From Eledone cirrhosa (taxonomy: Eukaryota), in the NCBI GenBank assembly GCA_964016885.1, contig OZ024755.1, positions 17,422,001-17,486,000 of the forward strand: 64,000 nucleotides of DNA, in the 5' to 3' direction. Of this stretch, positions 1 through 12,050 are shown piece by piece (the first letter of the stretch is position 1; each line of letters begins with the position of its first letter). The position numbers were made by a program, and so were the translations under genes. Below the pieces are notes generated by a model. It ran no database searches. It was not told the origin of the DNA and worked only from the letters and a program-made list of their open reading frames with translations.

Positions 1-55
1 CTCAGAGATCACGAGTTACATCATTTGTATTAATCTTGTTGATGTATCAACAAGA

Positions 56-399
56 ACATCATCATTATCGTAAATCATCATCATCATCATCATCATCATG
101 TCAGGAATGGATTCATCATCATCATCATCATCATCATCATGTCAGGAATGGATTCATCATCACCATCATCATCATGTCAGGAATGGATTCATCATCACCA
201 TCATCATCATGTCAGGAATGGATTCATCATCATCATCATCACCAAACAGCATCGTCATCATCACAATTATCATAATCATGATAATCATAACCATTATCAT
301 CATTGTCATCATCATCATCATTGCTATCACCATCATCATCATTGCTATCACCATTATCATCATCATCATCATGATCATCATCATCATCATTGCTATCAC

Positions 400-447
<48 letters not shown>

Positions 448-546
448 GATCATCATCATCATCATGACCATCATTGTCATCATGATCATCATCATGATGA
501 TCATCATCATCATCATTGCTATCATCATCATCATCATCACCATCAG

Positions 547-585
<39 letters not shown>

Positions 586-656
586 GACCATCATTGTCAT
601 CATGATCATGATCATCATCATCATCATCATCATCATTGCCATCATGATCATCATTG
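56..656. repeat. (CAT)n microsatellite array with three tgtcaggaatggatt inserts
   Basis: direct reading. Confidence 0.95.
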
Positions 657-663
657 TGTCAAA

Positions 664-858
664 GGGCAGTGGATTGGCAGTATCGGTAGAGGGTCAGACG
701 CCATGCTTTCCAGCATAGTTACGGCCCTTTGCGTTCTGAGTTCAAATCCCGCCGAGGTTGACTTTGCCTTTCATCCTTACGGGGTCTATAAAATAAAGTA
801 CCAGTAATGCACTGGGTAATTGCTGGCCTTGTGCCTAAAGTAGAAACAATTATTATTA
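664..858 (+). mobile_element. SINE family A (tRNA-like head, Nin/Deu-type central domain)
   Basis: A box tggcagtatcgg, B box gagttcaaatcc, central gactttgcctttcatccttacggggtcgataaaataaagtacc; >25 copies or fragments in window. Confidence 0.88.
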
Positions 859-1437
859 TGTCCCTCGGAAGTCTCCCCCATATTGGGCAATTTTTCATTA
901 TTTTTTTTTGTAACATCCTCTGCTTTTGTTTTTTACACGCAGAAATGCCTATTTGTACCGTCCTTAATGTCTACTTTATGTAAACCCTTGTGGTTAATAA
1001 AGAAAGCATTATTATTGTTGTTGTTGTTAGTAGTAGTATTGTTGTTGTTGTATGAGTTACATAGCAACTTGAAAAATGGAAGTGAACAGCAACCATTTGC
1101 TACTACAACCATTTACTACTAGTATGACTACTACTACTAATAGATTCTCCATGGAAATATGTTCAAGGGATTTGTATGTGTGTGTCTATATTTGAGTATG
1201 TATGAATGTGTGTATGTGTATATCATCATCATCATCATCATCATCAGGTTTAGCGTCCGTGTTCCACGCTTGCATGGGTTTGGACGATATATATATATAT
1301 TTATATATATACATACATACATATATGTGTCTATATATATATATATACATACATATATGTGTCTATATATATGTGTGTATGTGTCTCTCTCTCTCTCTAT
1401 ATATATATATATGTCTATATATATGTGTATGTCTCTC

Positions 1438-1472
<35 letters not shown>

Positions 1473-2625
1473 ATAAAATCAGTGTTATTTCCTGATACTT
1501 AAGAGTTGTGAATCAATCACAGACCACCTTCATGTATGAGGAAATTGGTCTTTTTTTACTACCAGACAGTTTTAACTGACTCAGCACACTTCTATCACAG
1601 GTGTGTGTTAAACATTTTATATTTTTCCCTGTAAACATAAACAAACAAATCTTGTATAAGATATATAAGTAAATTTATGAAAGATAGGAGAATTCGCAAT
1701 TTTCTTGTCATCCCAGGCTGTTGTGCTCAGATTTGAAGTGCTGGCAATGTCTAAGGTGGGTGGGGATTCTTGGTTCTGCCATATCACTTTGTCATCCTAA
1801 GACTACATCACAGAAAGACATCTTATATTTAACCCTGTTGATGCAACGTTTTTAATGAAATACACTGCCCATGTTTTTCTTTTAATTTTGTGAGTATTCA
1901 ACAGATTTTTTCCAGAGAAGGATAGAGAGTGAAAGGAGAATCGGAGTGAGAAAGAAATATAGAGGAAGAATCGTCACCAGTATTTAACTGGTGTATTTTT
2001 ATCAACCTTGAAAATATATAAAAGGCAAAGTTGACCTCTGAAATATTTGAACTTGGAGTGTAGAAAGCTGAAACAAATACTGCTAAGCATTCTATCTGAT
2101 ATTCTAATGACTGCCAATTTGCCACTTTTATATATGTTTAGCAATAAATAAAAATATTTAGACATGACTTTCAGAAGCAAACTGCAGAAAAAGAAGTAGA
2201 TAATGATGATGATGATGATATATTTTGTTTTGACATGGAGATCTTCCTAATAGTTAATTAAAACCAGCCAGTGGAGACGGCTGCCATACAAATGACATTA
2301 ATTTAATGAAGATTCATCAAAAAATTATTATACATGTTATATTGTACATGTAGGATAGATAATTAAAGTTCCCCGTGAAGATATTTATCTCATGGTATTA
2401 TGTAATGTTATATTGATTAACTAACAGCTACATCTATCAATGTAGAATTTAATTAATATTGCCTTTGTTTTCAGGTATGGCTTGGCTTATCTGTTAGATT
2501 TATGGCCAGGGAAAAAGTAAAATAAGATAAACACAGCTCAATACCACAGTTCAATGAATTGGTTAATTATAGAGAATCCTACAGACAGAATAGTATTTGG
2601 CAATATAATGATATTTTGTTACAGC

Positions 2626-3305
2626 CATTCCTCACTTAACAACCGCACATTCCCACTTAACAACCGCACATTCCCACTTAACAACTGCTCATTCCCACTT
2701 AACAACTGCTCATTCCTCACTTAACGACTTCCATTCCTCACTTAACAATCACTCATTCCTCACTTAACTGCTCATTCCTCACTTAACACCTTCTCATTCT
2801 TCACTTAGCAATCACTCCTTCCTCACTCAACAACTGTTCATTCCTCAATTAAATCACCCATTATCACTTAACGACTCCTCGTTCCTCACTTAACGACCAC
2901 TCATTCCTCACTTAACGCCCACTCATTCCTCACTTAACGCCCACTCATTCCTCACTTAGCGACCACTCATTCCTCACTTAACAGCCACTCGTTCCTCACT
3001 TAACAACAGCTCATTTCTCCCTTAACAATTGCTTACACTTACTACTGATTCCAACTTCTTACACTTAACAACTACCCACACTTACCACTGCTCACACATA
3101 CCACATACCACTGCCTACACATACAAATGCTTACATTTACCATATCCCACCCTTACCACTGCCTACACATACAAATGCTTACATTTACCATTGCCCACAC
3201 TTACCACTGCCTACACAAACAAATGCTTACATTTACTATTGCCCACACTTACCACTGCCTACACATACCACTTACCATTGCCTACACATACAACTGCTCA
3301 CACAT
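2626..3305. repeat. ~21-bp minisatellite (cactcattcctcacttaacaac) grading into a 48-bp unit
   Basis: direct reading. Confidence 0.85.
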
Positions 3306-3564
3306 ACGACCATAATGTTATTGCGTTCACATATTTATATGCGATCTATTGAACTTCCTTTATATAATTATTTATAAGATGTGAAGTTTTGTTTGATCTT
3401 TATCCAGTCAAATATGTTTCATGTTTCAAAATAAATTTTGTTCATGTTTCCAAAAGTTTTTCAAAGTAAAACAAATTTCCAGTTACTAAGATATTGTCTC
3501 CATCAGACCTTTACAAAATTATTTATTCAAATAATTAATTTAACATAAAACTGATAATTGGTAA

Positions 3565-3955
3565 CGAGGTATGTAAACTTTATTTCAAACTACACCTGTG
3601 AAATATAGGCATCATTTCAAACTACAGGCGTGAAATGTAGTCTTTATTTCAAACTATACATGTGAAATGTACGATTTATTTTAAACTATACATGTGAAAT
3701 GTACGATTTATTTCAAATCATACATGTCGAATGTAGGCATTATTTCAAATTACACATGTGGAATGTAGGTATCCTTTCAAAGTACACGTGAAATGTAGAC
3801 CTTAATTCAAACTACAGCTATGAAATGTAGACTTTAATTCAAACTACAGCTATGAAATGTAGACTTTAATTCAAACTACAGCTGTGAAATGTAGACTTTA
3901 TTTCAAACTACACATGTGAAATGTAGACTTCTTTTCAAAGTGCATGTGAAATGGA
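3565..3955. repeat. ~31-32-bp minisatellite (tgtgaaatgtagactttatttcaaactaca..)
   Basis: about 12 degenerate units. Confidence 0.85.
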
Positions 3956-4430
3956 CATGCTTTGCAGCATTTAGTTACGGCCATTTATGTTCTGAGTTCA
4001 AATCTCGCCGAGGTGAGCTTTGCCATTCATACTTACAGGATCGTTAAAATAAAGTACCAGTGATGCAGTAGGTTCAAGTAAATCAACTTTCCCCTCCTCC
4101 AAAATTGTTGGCCTTGTACCTAAATCAGAAGCCGAGGTTGACTTTGCCTTTCATCGATAAAATAAAGTACCAGTAATGAACTGGGTAATTGCTGGCCTTG
4201 TGCCTAAAGTAGAAACAATTATTATTAAGGCTGTGGATTGACAGAAATATTAAGGAGTCAGAAAAAATACTTTGCTTTATTTGTTCCAAATATTCACACG
4301 CTGAGCTCAGCTTTGTCTTTCATTCTTCTGGTGTCAATAAAATAAATTACCAGTTATATACGGAGGGCCATGTAATCAACTTTCTGCTTCTCCCAAATAG
4401 CTGGCCTTGTGCCAATGTATGAAAGAATAT
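3955..4430 (+). mobile_element. Cluster of SINE A copies and fragments
   Basis: repeated central domain and ggccttgtgcc tail. Confidence 0.75.
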
Positions 4431-4432
4431 TA

Positions 4433-4631
4433 TGAGTGTCAGGTGAAAAGTTCATAGGCTGACCAAGATACTCTCATGGAAGGACCGAATGAGGTTTATT
4501 TTTTCGTCATAGTCTCTGAAAAGAAACAAACCAGTTATTACTAAGAGGAGTCGAAATTCATGCATGCCAGATTTTACAGTTCTAGCATCACTGCTTCATA
4601 GTAAGTCTATGAACTTTTTAGTCAACCCTCT
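4433..4631. mobile_element. ~200-bp mariner-type MITE
   Basis: TIR core aaaagttcataggctgac / gtctatgaactttt; copies at 8570 and 35129. Confidence 0.75.
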
Positions 4632-4678
<47 letters not shown>

Positions 4679-4892
4679 TTAAGGATACTATTTATGGTTA
4701 TGTATGTAATAAAACCTTTTATGGTAATATATTTTTTATACATACCTTAAATAGTGAAAGATAGTCATTAATTACTATCTTATTACCAGTAAGATAAATA
4801 GCTCAATGTAATAACATCGGTTGTTTTACAGAGCAGTTATATATATATATCAAAGGAGTGTAACATAAAATTACTGTAGGTTCAACAGCAGA

Positions 4893-4977
4893 GGTCCGAC
4901 GAGCTTTTGATTCCAGAGTGGGACCAGATCGATACAGATCAAACCTTGAGCTGATCAATAGCGAAATGCATGTTACC
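4893..4977 (+). ncRNA. Hammerhead-like motif, family D (CCGACGA core, ~60-nt stem II)
   Basis: ggt-CCGACGA-gcttttgat...atcaatagc-GAAA-tgcatg-TT-acc; second copy at 23739-23812 (-). Confidence 0.55.
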
Positions 4978-5019
4978 AATCAATAAACATAATAAAGGCT
5001 TAACAAATCCTCCTTGTAT

Positions 5020-5065
<46 letters not shown>

Positions 5066-5074
<9 letters not shown>

Positions 5075-5450
5075 TTCAAAATGTTAACAAATGAAAAATA
5101 TTCTCATAATTAAAATATATATTTTATTATATATATTTCAAAGGTACTATGGTGTTTAAGTATGTTTTCATCAGACAAAATATGTCTGCCAATACTGGAA
5201 TTGAATAATCAAAAGTGTAGCGGTATATCACATATCAAATCATATATTTTGTCTGATGAAAACGTACTTCAACACCATAGTACCTTTGAAATATGTATAA
5301 TAAAATATATATTTTGATTATGAGAATATTTTTCATTTGTTAACATTTTGAATAATATTAAAAACTCCAGGAAAATCCCTTGTTGAGTGCTTCTAATCTA
5401 TTGTAATATTGTATTCGTTGAGTAATCAACGAACCTTACTAATCTTTGGT
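5066..5450 (+). mobile_element. Short Penelope-like fold-back element, family A, with hammerhead motifs at ~5243-5308 (+) and ~5118-5184 (-)
   Basis: ~120-bp inverted arms flanked by (TA)n; ttttgt-CTGATGA-aaacgtact..agtaccttt-GAAA-tatgta-TA-ataaaa. Confidence 0.7.
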
Positions 5451-5528
5451 ATATATATATATATACCAAAGATTATATACTGGAATTGAACCATCAAGAC
5501 CATTGAGGTATGTCGTACATCAATTCAT

Positions 5529-5596
5529 GTATTTTATCTGACGAGGACGTACTGAAAAAACAGCACAGTACCTTCGAAATGTATATAATAAAACAT
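5529..5596 (+). ncRNA. Minimal type I hammerhead ribozyme motif, family A (element ~5478-5645)
   Basis: ttttat-CTGACGA-ggacgtactg..cagtaccttc-GAAA-tgtata-TA-ataaaa. Confidence 0.72.
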
Positions 5597-5637
5597 ATAT
5601 TTTGACTATGTGAATGTCTTCATTTATTAATATTTCA

Positions 5638-5680
<43 letters not shown>

Positions 5681-5980
5681 GGTCGGCCCTCTTATTATCA
5701 TATTTAGTTTTATTGTTTGCTATCACTGCATTATTGAACACAGCTCTTAGTGCCCTGGGCATGTGCGGTCTTATGCTTTTGATGTTATTTTGTCTATTAT
5801 ATTCAAAATACTTGTGTCGTATGTGTGTAGCGTCTAACAGTGTTATTTTCTTTAAATTTTAGTTATCCATCTACGTGTAATTTTAACTTTCCTCGAGCAA
5901 CTTTTATTACAGGGATTATTTCTGTTTTCATCACATACTTCCGAGTTATTTCTGTTTTCAGATGATTGTTATATTTATAT

Positions 5981-5993
5981 GTTGTTGTTGGTG

Positions 5994-6025
<32 letters not shown>

Positions 6026-6054
6026 GTAATCATCATCATCATCATCCTTATCAT

Positions 6055-6107
<53 letters not shown>

Positions 6108-6557
6108 TTGTTGTTCTTCTTGTTGTTGTTGTAATCATCATCATCCTTATTATTACTATTACTTCAGCTCTACTACTACAGCTACTACAGCTGCTTCTAC
6201 TACAGTTACTACTACTACTACTACTACTACAGCTGCTTCTACTACAGTTACTACTACTACTACTACTACTACAGCTGCTTCTACTACAGTTACTACTACT
6301 ACTACAGCTGCTTCTACTACAGTTACTACTACTACTACTACTACAGCTACTACAACTACTACTACTACAGCTGCTACTATTACAATTACTACTACTACCA
6401 CCACCACCACTACTACTACTACTACAGCTGCTGCTACTACTACAGCTACTACAGTTACTACTACTACTACTACAGCTGCTACTATTACAATTACTACTAC
6501 TACCACCACCACCACTACTACTACTACTACAGCTGCTGCTACTACTACTACTACAGT

Positions 6558-6599
<42 letters not shown>

Positions 6600-6697
6600 A
6601 GTTGCTACTACTAGTTACTACTACTACTACTACAGCTACTACTACTACTATTGTTGTTGTAATGATCATCAGTCATCATCATCATCATCATCATCAT

Positions 6698-6746
<49 letters not shown>

Positions 6747-6760
6747 GTTATTGTTGTTGT
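5981..6760. repeat. Compound trinucleotide array (GTT/GGT/CAT/TAC/GCT)
   Basis: direct reading. Confidence 0.95.
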
Positions 6761-6799
6761 ATTTTCAATGGAGTATTAATTATCAATAATTAAATACAG

Positions 6800-6973
6800 G
6801 AAATATCTGCCAGCAAGAAGATACACATCCAAGAACTTGAAGCTTATTTGAAAAGATTTCACGATATGGAACATTGGTTATCAGAAACAAAGAACAACTT
6901 TGGAAATTCAATTTCTCAAAATGAACAAGATTCGTCTGTCGAGTCTCTCACAGCAAAATTGGAAGAAAATAAA
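6800..6973 (+). CDS. SYNE1: Nesprin-1-like spectrin-repeat gene, internal exon A (EISASKKIHIQELEAYLKRFHDMEHWLSE...KLEENK)
   Basis: tacag acceptor, gttagt donor, 174 nt, phase 0/0; spectrin-type 'F..ME.WL' motif; in frame with next exon. Confidence 0.85.
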
Positions 6974-7006
6974 GTTAGTGGTATTTCTGTTTTGTTAATT
7001 TTATAT

Positions 7007-7313
7007 GGAGGCACATGGCTTAGTGGTTAGAGCATTGGCCTTGCAATCGAAAGGTTGTGAATTCAATTCTCAGACCGGGTGATGTGTTGTTTCCTTGAGC
7101 AAGACACTTTATTTCACATTGCTCCAGTTTACTCAGCTGTAGAAATCATTCCACTGTAAAGTGGTCGTGGAGGTGCCACGGCAAAAAAGCACCCAGCACT
7201 CACTGTAAATGAGGTTGGTGTTAGGAAGGGCATCCAGCTGTAGAAATCAAGCCAGAATCAGTTCCCGTCCCACCCTTGCAAGCAGGGAAAAGTGGACGTA
7301 AAATGAAATGATG
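7007..7313 (+). mobile_element. SINE family B (tRNA head, Meta/CORE-like ccttgagcaagacactt domain, RTE-derived tail)
   Basis: tggcttagtggttagag A box; tail cccacccttgcaagcagggaaaag.ggacgtaaaatga matches the RTE 3' end at 41010-41050. Confidence 0.85.
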
Positions 7314-7324
7314 ATATATATATG

Positions 7325-7409
<85 letters not shown>

Positions 7410-7418
7410 GTATGTATC

Positions 7419-7455
<37 letters not shown>

Positions 7456-7783
7456 TTATATGTATATATATATGTATATGTATGTATATGTATATATATG
7501 TATATATATATGTATATGTATGTATATGTATATATGTGTATATATGTATATATACGTATATATGTATATATATTTATGAACTAAAAGATGGAAAGATATT
7601 GTCATATTCAATTGCGTGTATATACTTACAGAAATAAATATTTAAATATAGTAATATATAATCCATTTTGTTTATATTTCAACACTTATCCATGCATATA
7701 CAATGCATTTGTAAAACCACATATGCAATTATCTATGCATGCCTACATACATATGCCCATACTTGCATACATATATATATATA

Positions 7784-8203
7784 TATTATTCAGAATATTA
7801 ATAAATGAAGACATTCACATAATCAAAATATATATTTTATTATATATATTTCGAAGGTGTGCTGTTTTTTCAGTACGTCCTCGTCAGATAAAATACATGA
7901 ATTGATGTTTCACATACCTCAACGGTCTTGGTGATTCAATACCAGTACTGCCAATACTGGAATTGAACCACCAAGACCGTTGAGGTATGTCATACATCAA
8001 TTCATGTATTTTATCTGACGAGGACGTACTGAAAAAACAGTACAGTACCTTCGAAATATATATAATAAAATATATATTTTGATTATGTGAATGTCTTTAT
8101 TTATTAATATTCATAACTCCAGAAAACTGTCTTGTAGAGTGCTTTTAATCTATTGTAAAACTATATTCATTGAGTAATCAATGAACCATATTAATCTTTG
8201 GTT
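7784..8203 (+). mobile_element. Short Penelope-like fold-back element, family A
   Basis: ~155-bp inverted arms with a 7-nt spacer (ctgccaa) plus an unpaired 3' tail; (TA)n on both sides. Confidence 0.72.
8006..8073 (+). ncRNA. Minimal type I hammerhead ribozyme motif, best copy of family A
   Basis: 9-bp stem I gtattttat/ataaaatat, intact CTGACGA and GAAA, G-C at base of stem II, palindromic stem III TATATA, AUA cleavage triplet. Confidence 0.78.
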
Positions 8204-8569
8204 ATATATATATATATACACATACATACACAAATGTGTATACACATATATACATAATTGCATATGCAAATTACATATGCAAACATGCATCAAATGTCTG
8301 CACACATACACTAATATATACACACTGTTTTATATTGTGTATATAGGCATGTACCAAATCCTCAGTCCTTATATTATACATAAATTTATACACATGCACA
8401 CATACACACATACTGGCATGCATGAAACCAAGACTCAGACACACACATGCACACACAGACACACACTCACAAACACACAGACATGCATGCAACCTAGACA
8501 CACACACATGCAAAGCCAGAGATAACTTAAAGGTTTAGCATAGAAATTACACACAATCATATGTGCATA

Positions 8570-8768
8570 CAAGGGTCACCTAAAAAATTCACAAGCTGAC
8601 CAAGATACTCTCATGGCATGACCAAATGAGGTTTACTTTTCAACATAGTCGCTGGAAAGAAACAATGCAGTTATTAATATGAAGAGTTGAAATTAATGCA
8701 TGCAAGATTTCACAGCTCTAGCATCACTCTTTCACAGTCAGCCTATGAACATTGTAGCCAACCCTCAT
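8570..8768. mobile_element. ~200-bp mariner-type MITE
   Basis: colinear with 4433-4631; TA flanks. Confidence 0.75.
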
Positions 8769-9118
8769 ATCTGTGTTCAACAAAAAAAAAAAAATCAATA
8801 AAATAAGTGTCAGTCTTGAAAAACAAACATTTTGAGGTCAATATGATTGGCTAAATTAATGGCAGTAATTTTATGATTGAAACAGTTAAACAACCAAAGA
8901 ATATCTTGCTTTGAACTGTTCCAGCCCCACATTTTAAAAGAGGGTAAGAGCCCTGAAAGATGTTGAAATACATTGAGTGAAAGATTACTTTGTTCTGCTT
9001 ATTAGTCATCATTCGCCTTTTGTATTTTTCTTACCAGGTTGTACCAACTTTTCAAAAATTATCAGTCTTTTATAAAAAAATTTTATTTTCACACTTCTAT
9101 TTTTGTTTATTTGTTTAG

Positions 9119-9463
9119 ATCCTGCAAAGTAAAATCCAGCAAAAACTGCATGAATTATCAGACATGGCTATACAATGTGATAGAGTATGTGAATTCGAAA
9201 ACCATAAATCTGCTGAGGAAATGCGTTCTGATTTGGTGAAGCTTCAAAACATGCTGGCCATACTGAAGTTAAGTGTGTTGGAACAACAAAACCACTTGAA
9301 ACAGGCTTTGAAAGAAGCTGAACGTAAGCAGAATATTCCATCATATTTGGAGACTGAAGAATTGATATTAGAAAACTGGTCTGCTCCCAGCATTTCTACT
9401 GAAAATATAACTCTGCAATCTGAGGATAAAGTGATGATTATTGAACAGCAGCAACAACAGTTG
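9119..9463 (+). CDS. SYNE1: Nesprin-1-like exon B (ILQSKIQQKLHELSDMAIQCDR...EQQQQQL)
   Basis: ttgtttag acceptor, gtaagt donor, 345 nt, phase 0/0; coiled-coil composition. Confidence 0.88.
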
Positions 9464-10165
9464 GTAAGTATGAGGCAGCCATTTTGAATGTATAGATATC
9501 ATCCAACTTTAAATTGTGATTATATTTCTTATAAATTATTCTACACATTTGAATTGATTTTGAAAATAATCAATCATTTCTTTGTAATCTCCTTTATGAA
9601 GCTTGACATTCCAAGATACACTACCACCCCTTCTGATCTTGTTTTCTTTGGTTTTATCCACATTTACATCCTCCCTACTGCTTATTTACTCAACTGTGAA
9701 CATCTGTGAACATATAATTAGTAATCAAATAATTATTTACTAATTATATCAAATAATATCTTATATATAATAATTTTATGAGATGATATATATCTCATAA
9801 TTTCTCTCTCTATATAATTGCATATGTATATATCTATGATTACCTGATTGTTTTTTTTCGTTGATTTGGTATTATGTGCCGCAATTTTCAATTTGTCAAG
9901 CTGTCTAAACGTATGTTATTACTCTAAGGCCTGCAACCTTATTGAGTACTTTGCTGCTCATTCCTTATTGTAGGTCGTTAGCTTGGCCACACCCACAAAG
10001 CTTCGATTTTACTAAGCTTCGACTTGTATATATGTATATGTGTGTGTGTGTGTGTGTGTGTTTGGCACTAGGAAGGGCATCCAGATGTAGAAACCAAATC
10101 TCAGAATGTGACAACCAGCCTAAGCCATGCAAACATAGAAAACACATTAATCAGTGATGATGATG

Positions 10166-10380
<215 letters not shown>

Positions 10381-10547
10381 AAGTAATTTTATTAAACAAT
10401 TCAAGCTTCAGCATGTTCACCATCTAATGGCTGAAGGGCAGTAAAATAATACAAAAGTTTTATTAAATAATAAATATAATAATTTAATCAAATGATATAT
10501 ACAATAATTTCATTAAATAGAATATATATACTTTTATTAAATTTCTC

Positions 10548-10587
<40 letters not shown>

Positions 10588-10775
10588 TAAATTAAATTTC
10601 TAATTTCTTTTTCACTTCTTTATTTCATTTACCAGTAATACACTGGGTAATTTGCTGGCCTTGTGCCAAAAGTAGAAACAATTATTTCATTATTCATTGT
10701 ATTTATGTGTTTGTCTCTCAATATTATTTTTGCCTCAAATAATCAGCTTCTTATTAAATTTTCCTTCATTTCCAG

Positions 10776-10988
10776 AAACTTCACCATGACTTCAATGAAT
10801 ATCGAAATCTGGTGCAGTGTATTTCCAGCCAAACAATTCATCAACCTACTGTCATTGTGTCAGCTAAACTAGAAGGAAGATCCCCCGACAGTGTTAGTAA
10901 TGAAAATGACTGGCGTCGCCTACATGCTTATACTCGTGAAGCAAAGCAACAACTTTTAGATTGTGTCCAAATAAAACCATTAGGTCTG
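10776..10988 (+). CDS. SYNE1: Nesprin-1-like exon C (KLHHDFNEYRNLVQC...QIKPLGL)
   Basis: ttcatttccag acceptor, gtaagt donor, 213 nt, phase 0/0. Confidence 0.82.
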
Positions 10989-11170
10989 GTAAGTAGCTAT
11001 CACTTGATTGATCGTTTGAAGATTAGCCAATTATTTTTACAGCAATTACTTATGAGTTCTTTACCCTTGTGTTCTGTTCAGGTCCAAATAAACCCTGATC
11101 GAGTAGATCTGTGATATGATCAAAGGTATTCCAATCATAACCATCTTAGGTGTAATTTAGCTCAGATATG

Positions 11171-11450
11171 TGGAGGTGTGTGGCCTAGAGGTAAGGGTGT
11201 TGGACTTATGATCATAATGTCGTGGGTTCAATTCCTGGACTGGGTTGTGTTGTGTTCTTGAGCAAAATACTTCATTTTTACATTGCTCCAATATCCTCAG
11301 CTGAAAATGAATACCAGCAATAGCTGGGGATTTAAACCTGTGATAGACTGGTGTCCTGTCAAGGGGGGAAACTTGTACTTTCAGTCACTTCATGCCTCTG
11401 AAACCGGGATAAGCACTGTATATTATCAATTATGTGATTTGAGAAAGATT
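11171..11450 (+). mobile_element. Older SINE B-related element with a different tail
   Basis: tRNA head, ttcttgagcaaaatactt, cattgctcc..ctcagctg. Confidence 0.65.
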
Positions 11451-11570
11451 TGACTGCTTTTTTTAGCAGATTAAACAACAACATTGAAGCCCTTTCTGTT
11501 AACAAGTTCTTACTCTAGTTTAGAGAAAAATTAATGAGTCAGTTACATAAATGAAAACATTATTTATCAT

Positions 11571-11640
11571 TCGTTGGTCTAGGGGTATGATTCTCGCTTT
11601 GGGTGCGAGAGGTCCATGGTTAAAATCCCGGGCGAGCCCA
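11571..11640 (+). pseudogene. tRNA-Pro(TGG) pseudogene, 5'-truncated
   Basis: TCGTTGGTCTAGGGGTATGATTCTCGCTTTGGGTGCGAGAGGTCC...GAGCCC matches the canonical eukaryotic tRNA-Pro; first GGC missing, T-arm and B box mutated (ATGGTTAAAAT). Confidence 0.9.
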
Positions 11641-11653
11641 TCCTATAATTTAT

Positions 11654-12050
11654 TCCAGCATAGTTACGTCCCTTTACGATCTGAGTTCAAATCCCGCCGA
11701 GGTTGACTTTGCCTTTCATCCTTACGGGGTCGATAAAATAAAGTACCAGTAATGCACTGGGTAATTGCTGGCCTTGTGCCTAAAGTAGAAACAATTATTT
11801 ATCATTCCTGTAAATCGGTAGATTGGCATTAGTTATCATTAGTTATCATTCCATTTAAATCGGTAGATTGGCAGTATCGGTAGAGAGTCGGACGCCATGC
11901 TTTCCAGCATAGTTATGTCCCTTTACGGTCTGAGTTCAAATCCTGCCGAGATTAACTTTGCCTTTCATCCTTACGGGGTCGATAAAATAAAGTACCAGTA
12001 ATGTACTGGGTAATTGCTGGCCTTGTGCCAAAAAGTAGAAACAATTATTT
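11654..12050 (+). mobile_element. SINE A head-to-tail pair (first copy headless and fused to tRNA-Pro)
   Basis: two near-consensus copies, each followed by attatttatcattcctgtaa. Confidence 0.88.

Noticed and set aside
36-807. Long poly-His/Ile/Ser/Met ORFs
   Set aside because: Translations of a stop-poor (CAT)n array; no splice or homology support.
5863-6793. ~270-aa Thr/Leu/Val-rich mucin-like ORFs (similar at 52675-53296)
   Set aside because: Compound trinucleotide repeats open in several frames on both strands.
9038-9118. Alternative upstream acceptor for exon B (ttaccag)
   Set aside because: The 81-nt extension ends in an in-frame TAG.
11571-11640. Functional tRNA-Pro gene
   Set aside because: Acceptor stem 5' bases missing, T-loop/B box mutated, no nearby T4 terminator.
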